Below, in pieces: positions 28,311 to 42,000 of a DNA stretch of 64,000 bases. Position 1 is the stretch's first letter. Each line of letters starts with the position of its first letter. The DNA lies in NCBI RefSeq assembly GCF_009914755.1, contig NC_060933.1; one strand, given 5' to 3'. A program made the translations under genes and the position numbers. The DNA is from the human T2T-CHM13v2.0 reference genome, Homo sapiens. The notes under the pieces are model-generated. The model was given only the letters and a program-made list of their open reading frames with translations. It had not been told where the DNA came from and made no database searches.

Positions 28311-28329
28311 TCAAAGTGAATTCTGACTA

Positions 28330-28720
28330 TTATGGAGTTATTAATGCTTGTTCTAAAATATTCTGTTCTCTCTTTGATTAGGATTATACTTATCCACTCC
28401 CTTTGAATCCAGAAGTCATGTGTCTTAATTTGACCAATAAACTGTAGCATAAAAAACATGCTTCAGCTTCAGGATAAAACTATGTGCCTGGTAGATGTGC
28501 CATGGTAGATCAGTGTGTGATCTACCATGCCCATTTTTTCTGCCTTAGCATTAATGGAAGCACGTGTAGAGACTGAGTCTTCATGGATTTTATGTCCCTG
28601 AGTGGCCATGATATTCCAAAACCTCTTCTCATTCAAGTTAGACTGGAACTGCTAGTAGAAGCAAACTTGTGTTAAGCTACTGAGATTTGGGGTAATTTGT
28701 TATTTCAACACAAGTATTAT
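28330..28720 (+). mobile_element. Old MaLR LTR (MLT1I/J-like)
   Basis: 3' motif TGTGTTAAGCTACTGAGATTTGGGGTAATTTGTTATT and GTCATGTGTCTTAATTTGACCAATAAACTGT. Confidence 0.55.
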
Positions 28721-29089
28721 AATGGATGACAGTAAAAGTGTAATTTATTGCAGGGCCTTTATCTAGGATTATTCACTCCATGAATAGTGTTGTGTTTAAC
28801 AAAAGATTTCTATAATTTGAAAAAATTTTTAAATTATTTTACATGAATTTTACTAGGTGGTCTATTTAAAAGCCAAATTAATTGTGAAATTTGTGATTCT
28901 CTCCCAGAAACTTTTGCTCTAATTGGGAAGTTTTTCTCTGTTATCTCCTAAAGAAGCAATTTGCATTCCTGCTTCCAAGCCTTTATTTTTCTCTTTCCAT
29001 TTGGAATACTTCTCCTTCGATTACCATACTTAGATTACATCTTAAAATCCTATCAAATCTTCAGTGATCCAATTCAAGTCATATTTTAT

Positions 29090-31457
29090 TGGTATGGTTA
29101 GGCTTGGTGTCCCCACCCAAATCTCATCTTGAATTGTAATCCCCATAATCCTCATGTGTCTAGGGAGAGACCAGGTGGAGGTACTTGAATCATGAGGGTG
29201 GTTTCTTCTATGCTGTTCTCACAATAGTGAGTGAGTTCTCACAAGATCTGATGATTTTGTAATGGGCTCTTCCTCCTTCTCTCTGCACTTCTCCTTCCTG
29301 CTGCCTTGTGAAGAAGGTACCTTGCTTACCTTTCACCTTCTGCCATGATTGTAAGTTTCCTGAGGCCTCCCCAGCCATGCTGAACTTGAGTCAATTAAAC
29401 CTCATTCCTTTACAAATTATCCAGTCTCAGGCAGTTCATTATAGCAGTATAAAAACAGACTAATACAGTAAATTGGTACCAAGGTAGTGGGGCAGTGCTC
29501 TAAAGATGCCTGAAGATGTGAAAGCAACTTTGGAACTGGGTAATGGACAGCGGTTGGAACAGTGTGGAGGGCTCAGAAGAAGATAGGAAGATGTGGGAAT
29601 GTTTGGAAATTCCTAGATAATTTTTGAATGGTTTTGACCACAACACTGCTAGTGATACAGACAATGAAGTCCAGGCTGAGGTTGTCTCAGATGGAGATGA
29701 GCAACTTCTTGGCACCTGGAGCAAAGGTGAACCTTGCTATGCTTTATAGCAAAGACATTGGCAGCATTTTGCCCCTGCTACAGAGATCTATGAAACTTTG
29801 GACTTGAGGGTGACAATTTAGGATATCTGGTGGAAGAACTTTCTAAGCATCAAAGCATTCAAGAGGTGACTTGGATGCTCTTAGAAGCACTCAGTTTTAT
29901 GCATTCACAAAGAGATGATTTGGAATTGAAACATATGTTTAAAAGTGAAGCAGAGCATAAAAGTTTAGAAAATTTGGCACCTGATGATGCAACAGAAAAG
30001 AAAACCCCATTATCTGAGGAGAAATTCAAGTCAGCTGCAGAAATTTGCTTGAGAAATGAGAAGCTAAGTGTTAATAACCAAGACAATAGGGAAAACGTCT
30101 CCAGGGTATGTGAGAGGTTTTCACGGCAGCCCCTCCCATCACAGGTTCGGAGGCCTCGGAGGAAAAAAAATGGTTTTATAGGCTGGGCCAAGGACATTGC
30201 TGTTTTGTGCAGTCTCAGGATTTTGTGCCGTGCATCCTAGCCATGGCCAAAAGGAACCAACATATAGCTCAGGTTGTTGCTTCAGAAGGGGCCGTCAAGC
30301 CCCAAGCCTTGGCAGCTTACATGTGATGTTGGGCCTGCAGATGCACAGAAGTCAAGAATTGAGGTACGGAAGTCAAGAATTGAGGTTTGGGAACCTAGCC
30401 TAGATTTCAGAGGATTTATGGAAATGCCTGGTTGTCCAGGCAAGTTTGCTGCAGGGGTGGAGCTTTCATGGAGAATCTCTGCTAGGACAGTGCAGAAGGA
30501 AAATGTGGGGTTGGAGCCTCCACAGAGGGTCCCCACTGGGGCACTGCCTAGTGGAGTTGTGATAAGAGGGCGACCGTCCTCCAGACCCTAGAATGGTAGA
30601 TCCACCAACAGCTTGCCCTGTGCACCAGGAAAAGCCACAGACACTCAATGCCAGTTCACGAAAGCAGCTGGCAGGGGGTCTATCCAATGCCATGGGAGCC
30701 CCCATCTTGCATCAGCATGACCTGGATGTCAGATAAGGAGTCAAAGGAGATTATTTTGGAGCTTTAATACTTGACTGCACTGCTGGGTTTTGGACTTGCA
30801 TAGGGCTTGAAGCCCCTTCGTTTTGGCCAATTTCTCCCATTTGGAATGAGTTTATTTACCCAATGCCTGAATCCCCATTGTATTTTGGAAGTCACTAGCT
30901 CACTTTTGATTTTACAGGTTCATAGGTGGAAAGCACTTGCCTTGTTTCAGATGAGTCTTTGGACTTGGACCTTTTGGTTAATCCTGGAATTAATTAAGAC
31001 TTTGGGAGACTGTTGGGAAGGCATTATTGGTTTTGAAATGTGAAAGGGACATGAGATTTGGGAGGGGCTAGTGGCAGAATGACATGGTTAGGCTTTGTGT
31101 TCCCACCCGAATCTCATCCAGAATTGTAATACCCATAATCCTCATGTGTCAAGGGGGGGGACCAGGTGAAAGTAATTGAATCGTGAGAGTGATTTCCCTC
31201 TTGCTGTTCTCATGATAGTGAGTGAGTTCTCACAATATCTGATGGTTTTATAAGGGGGTCTTCCCTGCTTCTCCTGAAACTCCTCCTTCCTGCTGCCTTG
31301 TGAAGAAAGTGTATTGCTTCCCCTTCACCTTCTGCCATAATTGCAAGCTTCCTGAGGCCTCCCCAGCCATGTTAAACTGTGAGTCAATTAAACCTTCCTT
31401 TAAAAATGACCCAGTCTCAAAGAGTTATTTATAGCACTGTGAAAATGGACTAATACA
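29090..31457 (+). mobile_element. Full-length MaLR provirus, THE1D-like (LTR 29090-29467, internal 29468-31079, LTR 31080-31457)
   Basis: Two similar ~378 bp LTRs (TG..ATGGTTAGGCTT...GACTAATACA) flanking a ~1.6 kb THE1-int sequence; purine tract GATTTGGGAGGGGC before the 3' LTR. Confidence 0.92.
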
Positions 31458-32916
31458 TTTTCCATCAGGATTTTTCCTACTTTTATACTTCACATAGATA
31501 ATAAAATAATAATGCTGCATACATTGAATATCAATAATGTGCAAAACACTGTATTCACTGTTTTGCATGTGTTGTGCTGTTTAGTATTTGCAGCAAGGTA
31601 TAATAAAGGACTTAGGCTAAGAAAATATCATGCCAAGCAGATGTGCCTCATACGTTGCTAATCCCTATTTATAGAATTAGTATTTCTTTATAAACTACAA
31701 TTTTATACTTTCAACTATTTTTATTATGAAACCTTACTGCATTTGACTCGCTTAGAAACCAAGTCATTTATTTTCTCATAATTCCATCATGTACTTTAGT
31801 TCTGTCTTCGAGGTGAGCTGTAAACTCAGGTTTCATGTTGACTTTGTATCTCATTCCCCACAGAAGTGACTATCCTTACAAATATTCTAGTTTAGAGTTT
31901 AGAATTTGAAATAATGCCAAATGTGGTATATGCAATACTTAAAGTCATAAAGGGTGATATGGAACCTTAAAGCTAAAACCCTTGTTTAAGCTGAGAAAAT
32001 AATTTCAGTGACTAGGAAGAAAAGGTGAGGCAAAGACAATTATTTTACATGAGTTAGCACCTGTTTATTTGTAGAATCTTACCAATATATACACATCTGT
32101 GCTGACTTTTTCATTTTTATTTCCACTTGTGCAGATATAGATATAGTTGCTAAGCTAGTGGCCTATTTAGTTTGCTACAAGGAAAAAGAAAAGTAATAAT
32201 GCATATCAAATGCTTCCTCTATGGAAAAATGTGGCTAAGGTTACTGAAAACCTTAAGGGTTATCAAAAGTATCAGGGATGTCATCTTAATGTTCTAGCCC
32301 ATAATAGGTGTTTTGATATTAATTACTGATTCTGAAGGCTGTGTAATCAGTAACAGAGCCCAAATTCAAAGCCCCATGTATCTGCCTCCAAAAATTTGTG
32401 TATTTCCCCTCATATCACCCAGTGTTCAAATTTTTTGCAAGAGATAGTTACAATCCCCATCAGATTTACTATAATTTCTTTATTCTGTTGAGGTTTATTC
32501 TGCTCTTTCACTGCACTTAAATATTATGAGTAGCCAACAATCTAGTTTCACCTGACATGACATTGTCAAAGAAAAACCACTGACATTTACCTTTGCAAGT
32601 GACAAGTGCTCTTTTCCAAGGAGTACATAAAATGGTTACAAAATTAAAACCTCAGAGTTTTTGTCTATTTGTTTAGAATCCACTGGGGTTCATACTTTAT
32701 CATTGCTGTGATATTTGCCAAATTAGTGCTTCAGTGCTAATATTTTTAAAAGTATATTTTTCTCTCTATCATACTCCTTTCTTTTTTTTCTGCTGACCTG
32801 TAATCATAATGAAAGCACTTATATGTCTTTGGTCCTGTCTCACTTTTCAAAACAAGTGCTAATCACTCTCATTCTGGAATCTGAATGTCAAATTCAATCA
32901 TATCAAGATTTACCCT

Positions 32917-35292
32917 TGTATTAGTCCATTTTTGCATTACTATAAAGAACTACCTGAGACTGGGTAATTTATTTTAAAAAACAAACATTTTAATTGGCTC
33001 ATGATTCCACAGCCTGTATAGGAAGTGTGGCTATGAAGCCGTAAGGAAATTGGCAATCATGGCAAAAGGTAAAGAGGAAGCAGGCACATCTTACATGGTC
33101 AGAGAAGGAGGAAGAGAGAGAGGGGTGAGGTACTACATACTTTTGAAAAAGCAGATCTTGTGAGAACTCACTATTACAAGAAAAAGGAGAAAATCCACCC
33201 CCATGATCCAATCACATCCCACCAGGTTCCTCATCTAACATTGGGGATTATAATTTGACACAAGATTTGGGCAAGAACACAGACCAAAACCACATCATTC
33301 TGCCCCTGGCCTCTTCCAAATCTCATGTCCTTCTCACATTTCAGAACACAATCATGCATTCCCAACAGTCCCTCAAAGTCTTAACTCATTCCAGCAGTAA
33401 CTCAAAGTCCAAAGTCTCATCTGAGACAAAGCTACTTCCTTCCACCTATGAGCCATTAAAATTAAAAACAAGTTAGTTACTTCCAAAATACAATGGTGGT
33501 TTAGGCATTGGGTAAATACTGCCTTTCCAAAAGGGAGATATCAACCAAAACAAAGGGGCTGCAGACCCCATGCAAGTCCAAAACCCACCAGGGCAGTGGT
33601 TAAATCTTAAATCTCCAAAATATATCCTTTGACTCTATGTCTTACATCCAGGCCACAGTAATGCAAGGGATAGGCTTGCAAGGCCCTGGGCAGCTCCACC
33701 CCTGTGGTTCTGTGGGGCTAGATTCCTAAGGCTGCTCTCAAGGGCTGGCACTGAGTGCCTGCAGCTTTGCCAGGTGCACAGTGCGAGCTGTCAGTGGATC
33801 TATCATTCTGGGGTCTGGAAAATGGTGGCCTCTTCTCACAGCTCCACTAGGCAGTGCATCACTGGGGAATCTGTGTAGTGGCTCCAACCCCACATTTCCT
33901 CTCTGCATTGCCTAATAGAGGCTCTCCATGAGGGCTCTGCCCCTGCAGAAGACTTCTGTTTGGACATTCATGTGGTTCCATACATCCTCTGAAATCTAGG
34001 CAGAGGTGCCCAAGCCTCAACTCTTGCCCTCTGTGCACCCATAGGCTTAACACCACATGGAAGCCACCAAGGATTGTGACTTTCAAGCTCTGGAGCAGTG
34101 ACCTGAGACATATCTGGGGACCTTTTGGCCACAGCTGGAGGTGGAGTGGCTGGGATGTAGGGACTAATTTCCTGAGGTTGTGTAGGGCAGTGGGTTCCTG
34201 AGCCCAACCCACGAAACCATTCTTCCTTCCCAGGCCTCTGGACCTGTGATGGGAGGAGCTACTGTGACCATCTCTGAAATGCCTTGGAGGTATTTTCCCC
34301 ATTGTCATTCCTATAAACATTCAGCTCCTCTTTACTTATGCAAATTCCTACAGCTGGCTTGAATCTCTCCCCAGAAAGTGAGGTTTTCTTTTCTACCACA
34401 TGATCAGGCTGCAAATATTTTAAACTTTTGTATTCTGCTTCCCTTTATATAAAAGCTCCAGTTTCAGATAATCTCTTTGCTCACACATATGACCATATGC
34501 TATTAGAAGCAGCCAGGCTACATCTTGAATGCTTTGCTGCTTAGAAATTTGTTCTGCCAGATACTCCAAATCATCACTCCAGTTCAAAGTTCCACAGATC
34601 CCTAGAGCAGAGGCACAATGCTCCCAGTCTCTTTGCTAAAGCATAGCAAGAGTAACTACTCCAGTTCTCAATAAATTCCTCATCTCCATCTGAGATCATC
34701 TCAGCCTGTAACGCATTGTCCATATCCCTATTAGCATTTTGGTCACTACAATTTAACAAGTCTCTAGAAAGTTCCAAACTTTCCCTCATCTTTCTGTCTT
34801 CTTCTGAGCCTTTCAAACGGTTCCAACCTCTTTTACCCAGTTCCAAAGTTGCTTTCACTTTTTCAGATATCTTTATAGAGATGCCCCCACTCCTGATGCC
34901 AATTTTCTGTATTAGTCTGTTCTCACATTCCCATAAAGAACTACCCAAGACTGGGTAATTTATTTTTAAAAAGTGGTCTAATTGTCTCATAGTTCCATAG
35001 GCTGTACAGGAAGCATGGGTGAGGAGGCCTCACATAACTAACAATCATGGCAGAAGGCAAAGAGGAAGCAGGCAAAGCTTACTTGGATGGAGAAGAAGAA
35101 AGAGAAAGGGTGGGGAGGTGCTACACACTTTTAAACAACCAGATCTTGTAAGAACTGACTCACTATTAGGAGAATAGCAAGGAGGAAATCCGCCCCCATT
35201 ATCCAATTACTTCCCACCAGGCCCCTCTTCCAACCTTGGAGATTACAATTTGACATGAGATTTGGGCAGGAACACAGACCCAAATTGTATCA
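32917..35292 (-). mobile_element. Full-length MaLR provirus, MSTA-like (LTR 32917-33297, internal 33298-34907, LTR 34908-35292)
   Basis: Two antisense LTRs (TGTATTAGTC...ATCA), ~1.6 kb internal region, perfect 5-bp TSD ACCCT (32912-32916, 35293-35297). Confidence 0.92.
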
Positions 35293-35342
35293 ACCCTTCA
35301 CCTCACATATATGAGACCAGAAGAGTGACTTTTTCCTTTTAA

Positions 35343-35691
<349 letters not shown>

Positions 35692-36578
35692 TCCTTGGTG
35701 TTTTAAAATCATAATGTCTTATTGTTTTAGTTTCTTCTCAAAATGAAGTTTGTACTGCTTTAAACACTGCTAAAACAATAGTATGAATATTTCATCATTC
35801 TATTTCATCATCCATACTTAGAGAGAAGGATTCTGTTTTGCCATCTCATAAGTTGTCAATCTCGCTTTCATTGTAAAAAATGCATCAATAATAATAAAGA
35901 AGGGAAAATATCACAGCAGGATTTCAAGGTCTCCAGTGTAGATATCACCAGAGCGTGGAAAACCAGCAGCTTAACTAGATGTAAATCACATGGGAGACAG
36001 GAAAATAAGAATGAATATTAAAATTCACACAACATTCTTTGGTAGAGTCCCTTCAGATTAGGATTACAGTCAGTATTGGTTTGAAATCATAGATTCATAG
36101 ACAAGGATGAAGCTTCATGGCTGTGCAATTATTTCTGAAGCTTTCCAAAATGGTTGAATTTTTATGAAGAGTAAAGATAAAGAACTCTGCTCAGTTTTCA
36201 AAGGTATTACAAGCTATCTTAAGGCAATGAGACACCCCCAGTTAAGGAGTGTATTTAATATCCAGCTTTAGGGGCAGGCTCCAAAACATGGCTGATATAC
36301 TGGTGACAGTAACATATGGAATGTAACCTGAGTCAGAATGTTTCTTAAATGGCTATGTCCCTAATAGTTTTTCAGAGATTAAGCTTACACATTTTCCTCT
36401 TTGGATGTAGGTTAAAAACCAAATGTTAAATGTTAACTGAAAAATTGTAATTATCATATAAAACAGATTTTAAATTGGGGCATTTCAGTCAAAAAAGACT
36501 TTATGACTTGTGTTGAATAATAATAACCCAATGTTCTACTTACTCTCCCATTTTGATCAAGCATATGTAAGTGTGGGA

Positions 36579-36660
36579 TTCTTTCCTTTTCTTCCCTTTC
36601 CTCCTCTTCCCCTTCATTCCTTTTCCTCCCTCCCTCCTTTCTTCTTTTCTTCCTTCTCTG
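36579..36660. repeat. Polypyrimidine/polypurine low-complexity tract
   Basis: About 80 bp of almost only C and T. Confidence 0.8.
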
Positions 36661-37274
36661 TCATTACATTTTTTTTCTGTTATTCAGATTGGGAAAAACT
36701 TAAATTTCCAACAGAATTCTAAATCTTATCTCAATTTGGTTTGTTGGCATCCAAACCTTGAAGTATTTTTAATGACATTCTTAAGTAGAATTGCTTTAGG
36801 AAGTTAAATTTTTCTCAGTATTATTAATACAATAAAACAAAGCATTTTTATAGAGAAATCTAAAATTTCTGATGCATGTCTTCAGCGCATCACAATTTGA
36901 TTTTTGGAAAATATTTATTACAATAAGTTACAACTAAATTAAACAGTGAATGGATCACTCCTAAGGGGATAAACTAAATTAAACTTGGAAGAAACCAGAG
37001 CTAATTGTATTGCATCTTTATAATTAAGCAGCAAGAATTTTTAGTCTGCTGTTATCCTTTTGGTTTGCTAACACTTACATTTTATTAATATAGCTGATGT
37101 GTCTACATTTTTTTCTCAGGGTAATATGAACTAAACCCTTAAAAATTAGAGTACTGAAAGATTACTTATTTTTGTCAATGTTCTATGTTTCTGGGATTAA
37201 TTGTTTTAAAATTTACTAAGTATACATAATCATTTACATCATCTAATTTGATAATTTAATCCATTTCTATTTTT

Positions 37275-37600
37275 CTGCATCTATTTATTCAACACACATT
37301 TATTAAGCTGCTATTTGTGCTCTAGATATGGGAAGGACAAAAAGGAATAACACATGGTACTACTTTCAAGCTGGTCTTTGTTCTACTTGAGATGACTTAT
37401 AAACCAGTGAAAATAGATAAAGGAACAGGGGGTAGATAATAGATAGTAAAGTCTGTTTAGCAAAGCTTTATAGAAAATGCTTTTGAAATACAAAGGAAAA
37501 ACTGATGATTTTTATCTGGAGGAAATCCAAGAAGTTTCATAGAGAAAGTGATATTTAAATTGAGATTCGGAAATCAAATAGAGAATCAGGAAAAAGCCAA
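37275..37600 (-). mobile_element. LINE-2 3' remnant
   Basis: TTTATTCAACACACATTTATTAAGCTGCTATTTGTGC matches the antisense L2 3' end; AAGTTTCATAGAGAAAGTGATATTTAAATTGAG. Confidence 0.6.
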
Positions 37601-37609
37601 TTTAAGAAA

Positions 37610-37760
37610 CATAGTAACTAACATTTATTGAGCTCCCAATAGATATTTTACCTACGTCAAAAAACTGACAACCATAGAGGTAAGAAACATGTCCAGAACA
37701 CACAGCTGGTGAATGGAAAAGGTGGAATTTGAACATATGCAATTTTACTTTTGAATATAC
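37610..37760 (-). mobile_element. MIR remnant
   Basis: TAACATTTATTGAGCTC...AGAGGTAAGAAACATGTCCAGAACACACAGCTGGT...GGAATTTGAAC. Confidence 0.6.
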
Positions 37761-39079
37761 ACTTTTAATTTAGGTAAAAACACTGCAAATGAATGATAAC
37801 ATACAATTTGATAAATTGTTCTGGAACATGAGATCTAAGATATTTGGGAACCTGTAGTGACGAGTCTAGAAATGGTATTCATGGTTTATTATGAAAGCCC
37901 TAAAACATCTTTTCAAGGAATTTAGATTTGATCTATTAGATGTTTAAAATTATTCAAAGCTCTTAAGCTGAGAAGTAGTAAGCTCTGAGGAAAGTGGTTG
38001 TTGAAATAAAGACTATAGACTTAGAATTTTAAAAATGAAAGAGAAGAAAGACAATTACTTTAAAGGACAGCATAGTGACATTGCAGAAAGGAAGGATGAT
38101 AATGCAGCAACCTAAGCCAAAGGCTGGCATTAGCATACCCCAGTTTCCTCAACAAATCACATTATGAGTTTGATTGGCTTTAATACAAATGCATAGAACC
38201 CAGCACTCCCCAAAGAATTGCTTGGTGGTCAGCAATAGAGGAGCGGCCAAGTTGACTTCAGATATGGTAGATGAAACCTAGTGCCACTCAGTAGGAAAGG
38301 CTGTGATGAATCTGGACATAAGTTAGAAAACAGTAGAAGGGCATTTGAAACGGGAAACTGAGTTGACATCCATTTGAAACTTCCACAGTGTTTGTCCAAC
38401 AGAAAAACAAAGATGTCTAAAGACTTCCGAGTGTTTTTCCTAGCAAGTAAAACTTTAAGGACTTTTTTGTTAGTTTAATTGTTAAAATATATGACAGGAA
38501 GATCCTTTGATTTTCAAGGGGCTGATCTCCTCATCAGTGCATTAGAAAGTTCACACAGCCACAGGCGAGTAGAGAGGGGCATTGGACAACCAATGGCAAT
38601 AAGGAAAATGAGGTGCCAGAATTTTATTCTAAGCAATGAATAAGGCATTCTGAATTATAACAAAGAAGATGAAGAAATCAAAGTGAAACTTTGTGCCAGA
38701 ATGAAGCTTTTACATGCTCTAGTATAAATGCTACATCTTATACTTAGAGTATATTCCTTATTATGTAATATGTTTGTTTATATTTGTGTTCACATAACTG
38801 TTGGTGTAGCGGAGGTATTTGACCTGAGGTTTGCAGTGTGAACATACAGTGCTAACAACAACAAAAATTATTCTGCCAAAAGGGAAACTGTGTTTATTTT
38901 TGAAAAAAAAATTATTTATCTTAAACATATGCCTTTTTTGAATTAAGTTCATCCCCCTTAAAATAACAGTTTCATTAATAGCTAAATGTGAGGAAATCAT
39001 ATCATACAAATGACCTCATAAACATTCCTTTTGGTACACATTTTGAAGAATAGATCCTAGTCTCCCATATAGTCAAAAA

Positions 39080-42000
39080 TTCCAGGAATGAATTTAAAAG
39101 TATTATTTCCACCTCAATATTTTGGATGAGTGTAAGGAGGATTGGGGTTAATTCTACTATAAATGTTTGTAGAATTCTCCAGTGTAGCATCTGGTTCTGG
39201 GCTTTTTGGAGAGGGGTTGATGTTTTTGATTACTGATTCACTCTCCTTACTCATTATTAGTCTGTTCAGATTTTTTATTTTTCCGTGGGTCAGTCTTGGT
39301 AGCCTGCTCATTTCCATGAATTTGTCCATTTTCTATAAGTTATCCAAATTGCTTGCGTAAAATTGTTCATAGTATTCTTTTATAATCCTTTTTATTTCTG
39401 TGGTGTCACTTGAAATGTCCCATTTTTCATTTCAAAATTTAGTTATTTGATTCTTCTCTCTCTCTGTTCTTTAATTATTCCAACTAAAGTTTTGTCAATT
39501 TTGTCAACTTATTTAGTTTTGCTGATTTTTTCTTTTTATATTGTCTATTTTTAAAAATTTGTTCTAATATTTATTATTTCAGTCCTTCTGCTAACTTTGC
39601 ATTTCGTTTGTTCTTTTTCCTCTTTCTTGTGGTATAAAGTTAGGTTGTTGATTTAAGATTTTTTATTTTTTTAATGTTCACATTTAGAGTTACAAACTTT
39701 CCTCTTTGCACTGCTTTTTTTAGACCTTACAAGTTTTGGGATATTCTGCTTTTATTTTTATTTGCCTGAAGATAATTTCTAATTTCCTTTTTGACCTCTT
39801 CTTTAACCCATTGGTGACTTAAGTGTGTATCATTTAATTTTCTACATTTTCGTAACAAATATGCTATTGATTTCTAGTTTCATTTCATTCTGATCATAAA
39901 AGACATTTGGTATAATTACAATATTCTTTACTTTTATTAAGATGTGTTTTGTGTCTTAACATATAGTCTATCCTGAAGAATGTTCCAAGTGTGCTTAAGA
40001 AAAATGTATATTCTGCCTTTATTGGGTGGAATGTTCTGTATATGTCTGTTAGGTCCAGTTTGTAAGCAGCATTAAGTCCTTTGTACTTAGTGATCTCATG
40101 TTCTGATTGTTCTATCCATTACTGAAAGTGGGGTATTAAAGTCTCCTATTACTATTATGTTGCTCTTTATTTTGCCCTTCAGTTCTGTCAATGTTTTCTT
40201 CCTATATTTAGGAACCGTGAGGTTTAGGGCATAAATATTTATAATTGTTATATCTTCTTGAATAATTGACCCTTTTATCATTATAATGTCTTCTGTCTCT
40301 TGTGACAGTTTTTGACTTAGTCTATTTTATCTGGTATTAATATAGCTACAGTGATCTCTTTTGTTTACCATTTGCATGAAATAGGTTTTTCCGTCTTTTC
40401 ATGTTTCAGCCTATTTGTGTCATCTAAAGTGAGTCTCTTGTACATAGAATATAAGTAACTATTTTTTTAAAAAATCAGTTTAGTCTCCATCTATGGCTTT
40501 TGACTGAGGAGCTCAGGCCATTATCATGTAAGGTACTTGCTGATCAGGAAAGAGTTACTATTGCCAATTTTTTAATTTATTTACTGTATTCTTTGTAGCT
40601 TTTTTTGTACCTTTGTTTCTCTATCACTGCCTTTACTTGTGTTTTGTTGTAGTAGCAATTTTTGATTCCCTTTTCATTTCCTTATAAGTATATTCTATAC
40701 ATATTTTCTTTGTAGTTACCATAGCAATTACATAAAACATCATAAAATTATAACATTCCACTTTAAAGTGATAACAAGATAACCTTGATTGTATATAAAT
40801 ATTCTACTCTTTATAGTGCCACTCCCCCCCTTTTTAATTATTGATGTCAAAAATTACACTTTTAAATATTATATACCGATTAACATAGTTTTATACCAGG
40901 TTTTTTAATTTAATGTATATGCACCATAATTACAGTAATCCAAGCTACTCTAGTTGTTCATGTATTTACGTTTACTGAAGAACCTTATATTTCCATTTAT
41001 GTTATACATTTGTTTCAACCTGGAAGACTTCCTTCAGCATTTCTTGTACAGAAGGCTTAGTGGTAATGAACTTCCTCAACTTTTGTTTATCTAGGAAAGT
41101 CTTAATTTCTCCTTCATTTTTAAAGAAAAATTTTCCCAAATATAGTGTCCTGGTTGACGGCTCTTCTTTTAGGATTTTGCACATATAATTCCACTCTTCT
41201 GGCCTGCAAGATTTCTGCTGAGAATAGTCTTATGAAACGTTCCTTGTATGAAATAACTTGCTTTATTCTTTCTTCTTTCAAGATTCTTTGTCTTTGACTT
41301 CAGTCAGTTTTGTTAATATATCAGTGTGATTTTTTTTAGCTTTTTCCTAGTTCTTTTTTGAGCTTCTTGAATTTGCATATCTGTTTCTTTCATCAGATTT
41401 GAGAAGTTTGGGGTCATTATTTCCTCAAATAAGCTCTCTTCTCTGCTCCTTTCTTATCTCTTCTCTTCCTGAAATTTCCAAAATGCATATATTGGCTCAC
41501 TTACAGTGTTCCACAGTCCCTTAGGTTTTCTTCATTTTTCTTTAGATTTTTTTTTCCTTTTCATTCCTCTGACTTGATGATTTCAAATGACTTGTCTTCA
41601 AGTTTACACATTTGCCTTTCTGCATGATCAGGTCTGCTGTTGAATCTTTTTCATGAATCATAATTATTTCATTCTATTGTACTCAGCTACTGTACTCTTG
41701 AATTTCAAAATTTCTGTTTGTTTCTTTTTGCAGTTTCTTTTTGTTGACATTTTTGTTTTGTTTTTCCAATTGTGTTTTCTTGATTTTGCTTAACTGTATT
41801 ATCTTTCAGCTCCCTGTGCATCTTTATGACAGATGTATATCATTGAACATCTTTATGACAGTTTCCTAAATGTTTTCTTAGGCAACCCATAGGTGGACAT
41901 TTATTTAAGGTCTTTTCCATGAGATTTTTTTTATTGGGCTGTATTTTCTTGTCTTTTATGCCTTGTAATCTTTTGCTGGGATGTCAGCATTCCAGAAACA

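Noticed and set aside
29500-34990. ORFs up to 153 aa in THE1 and MST internal regions
   Set aside because: Fragments of degenerate MaLR internal sequence broken by stops and frameshifts; no intact gag, pol or env.
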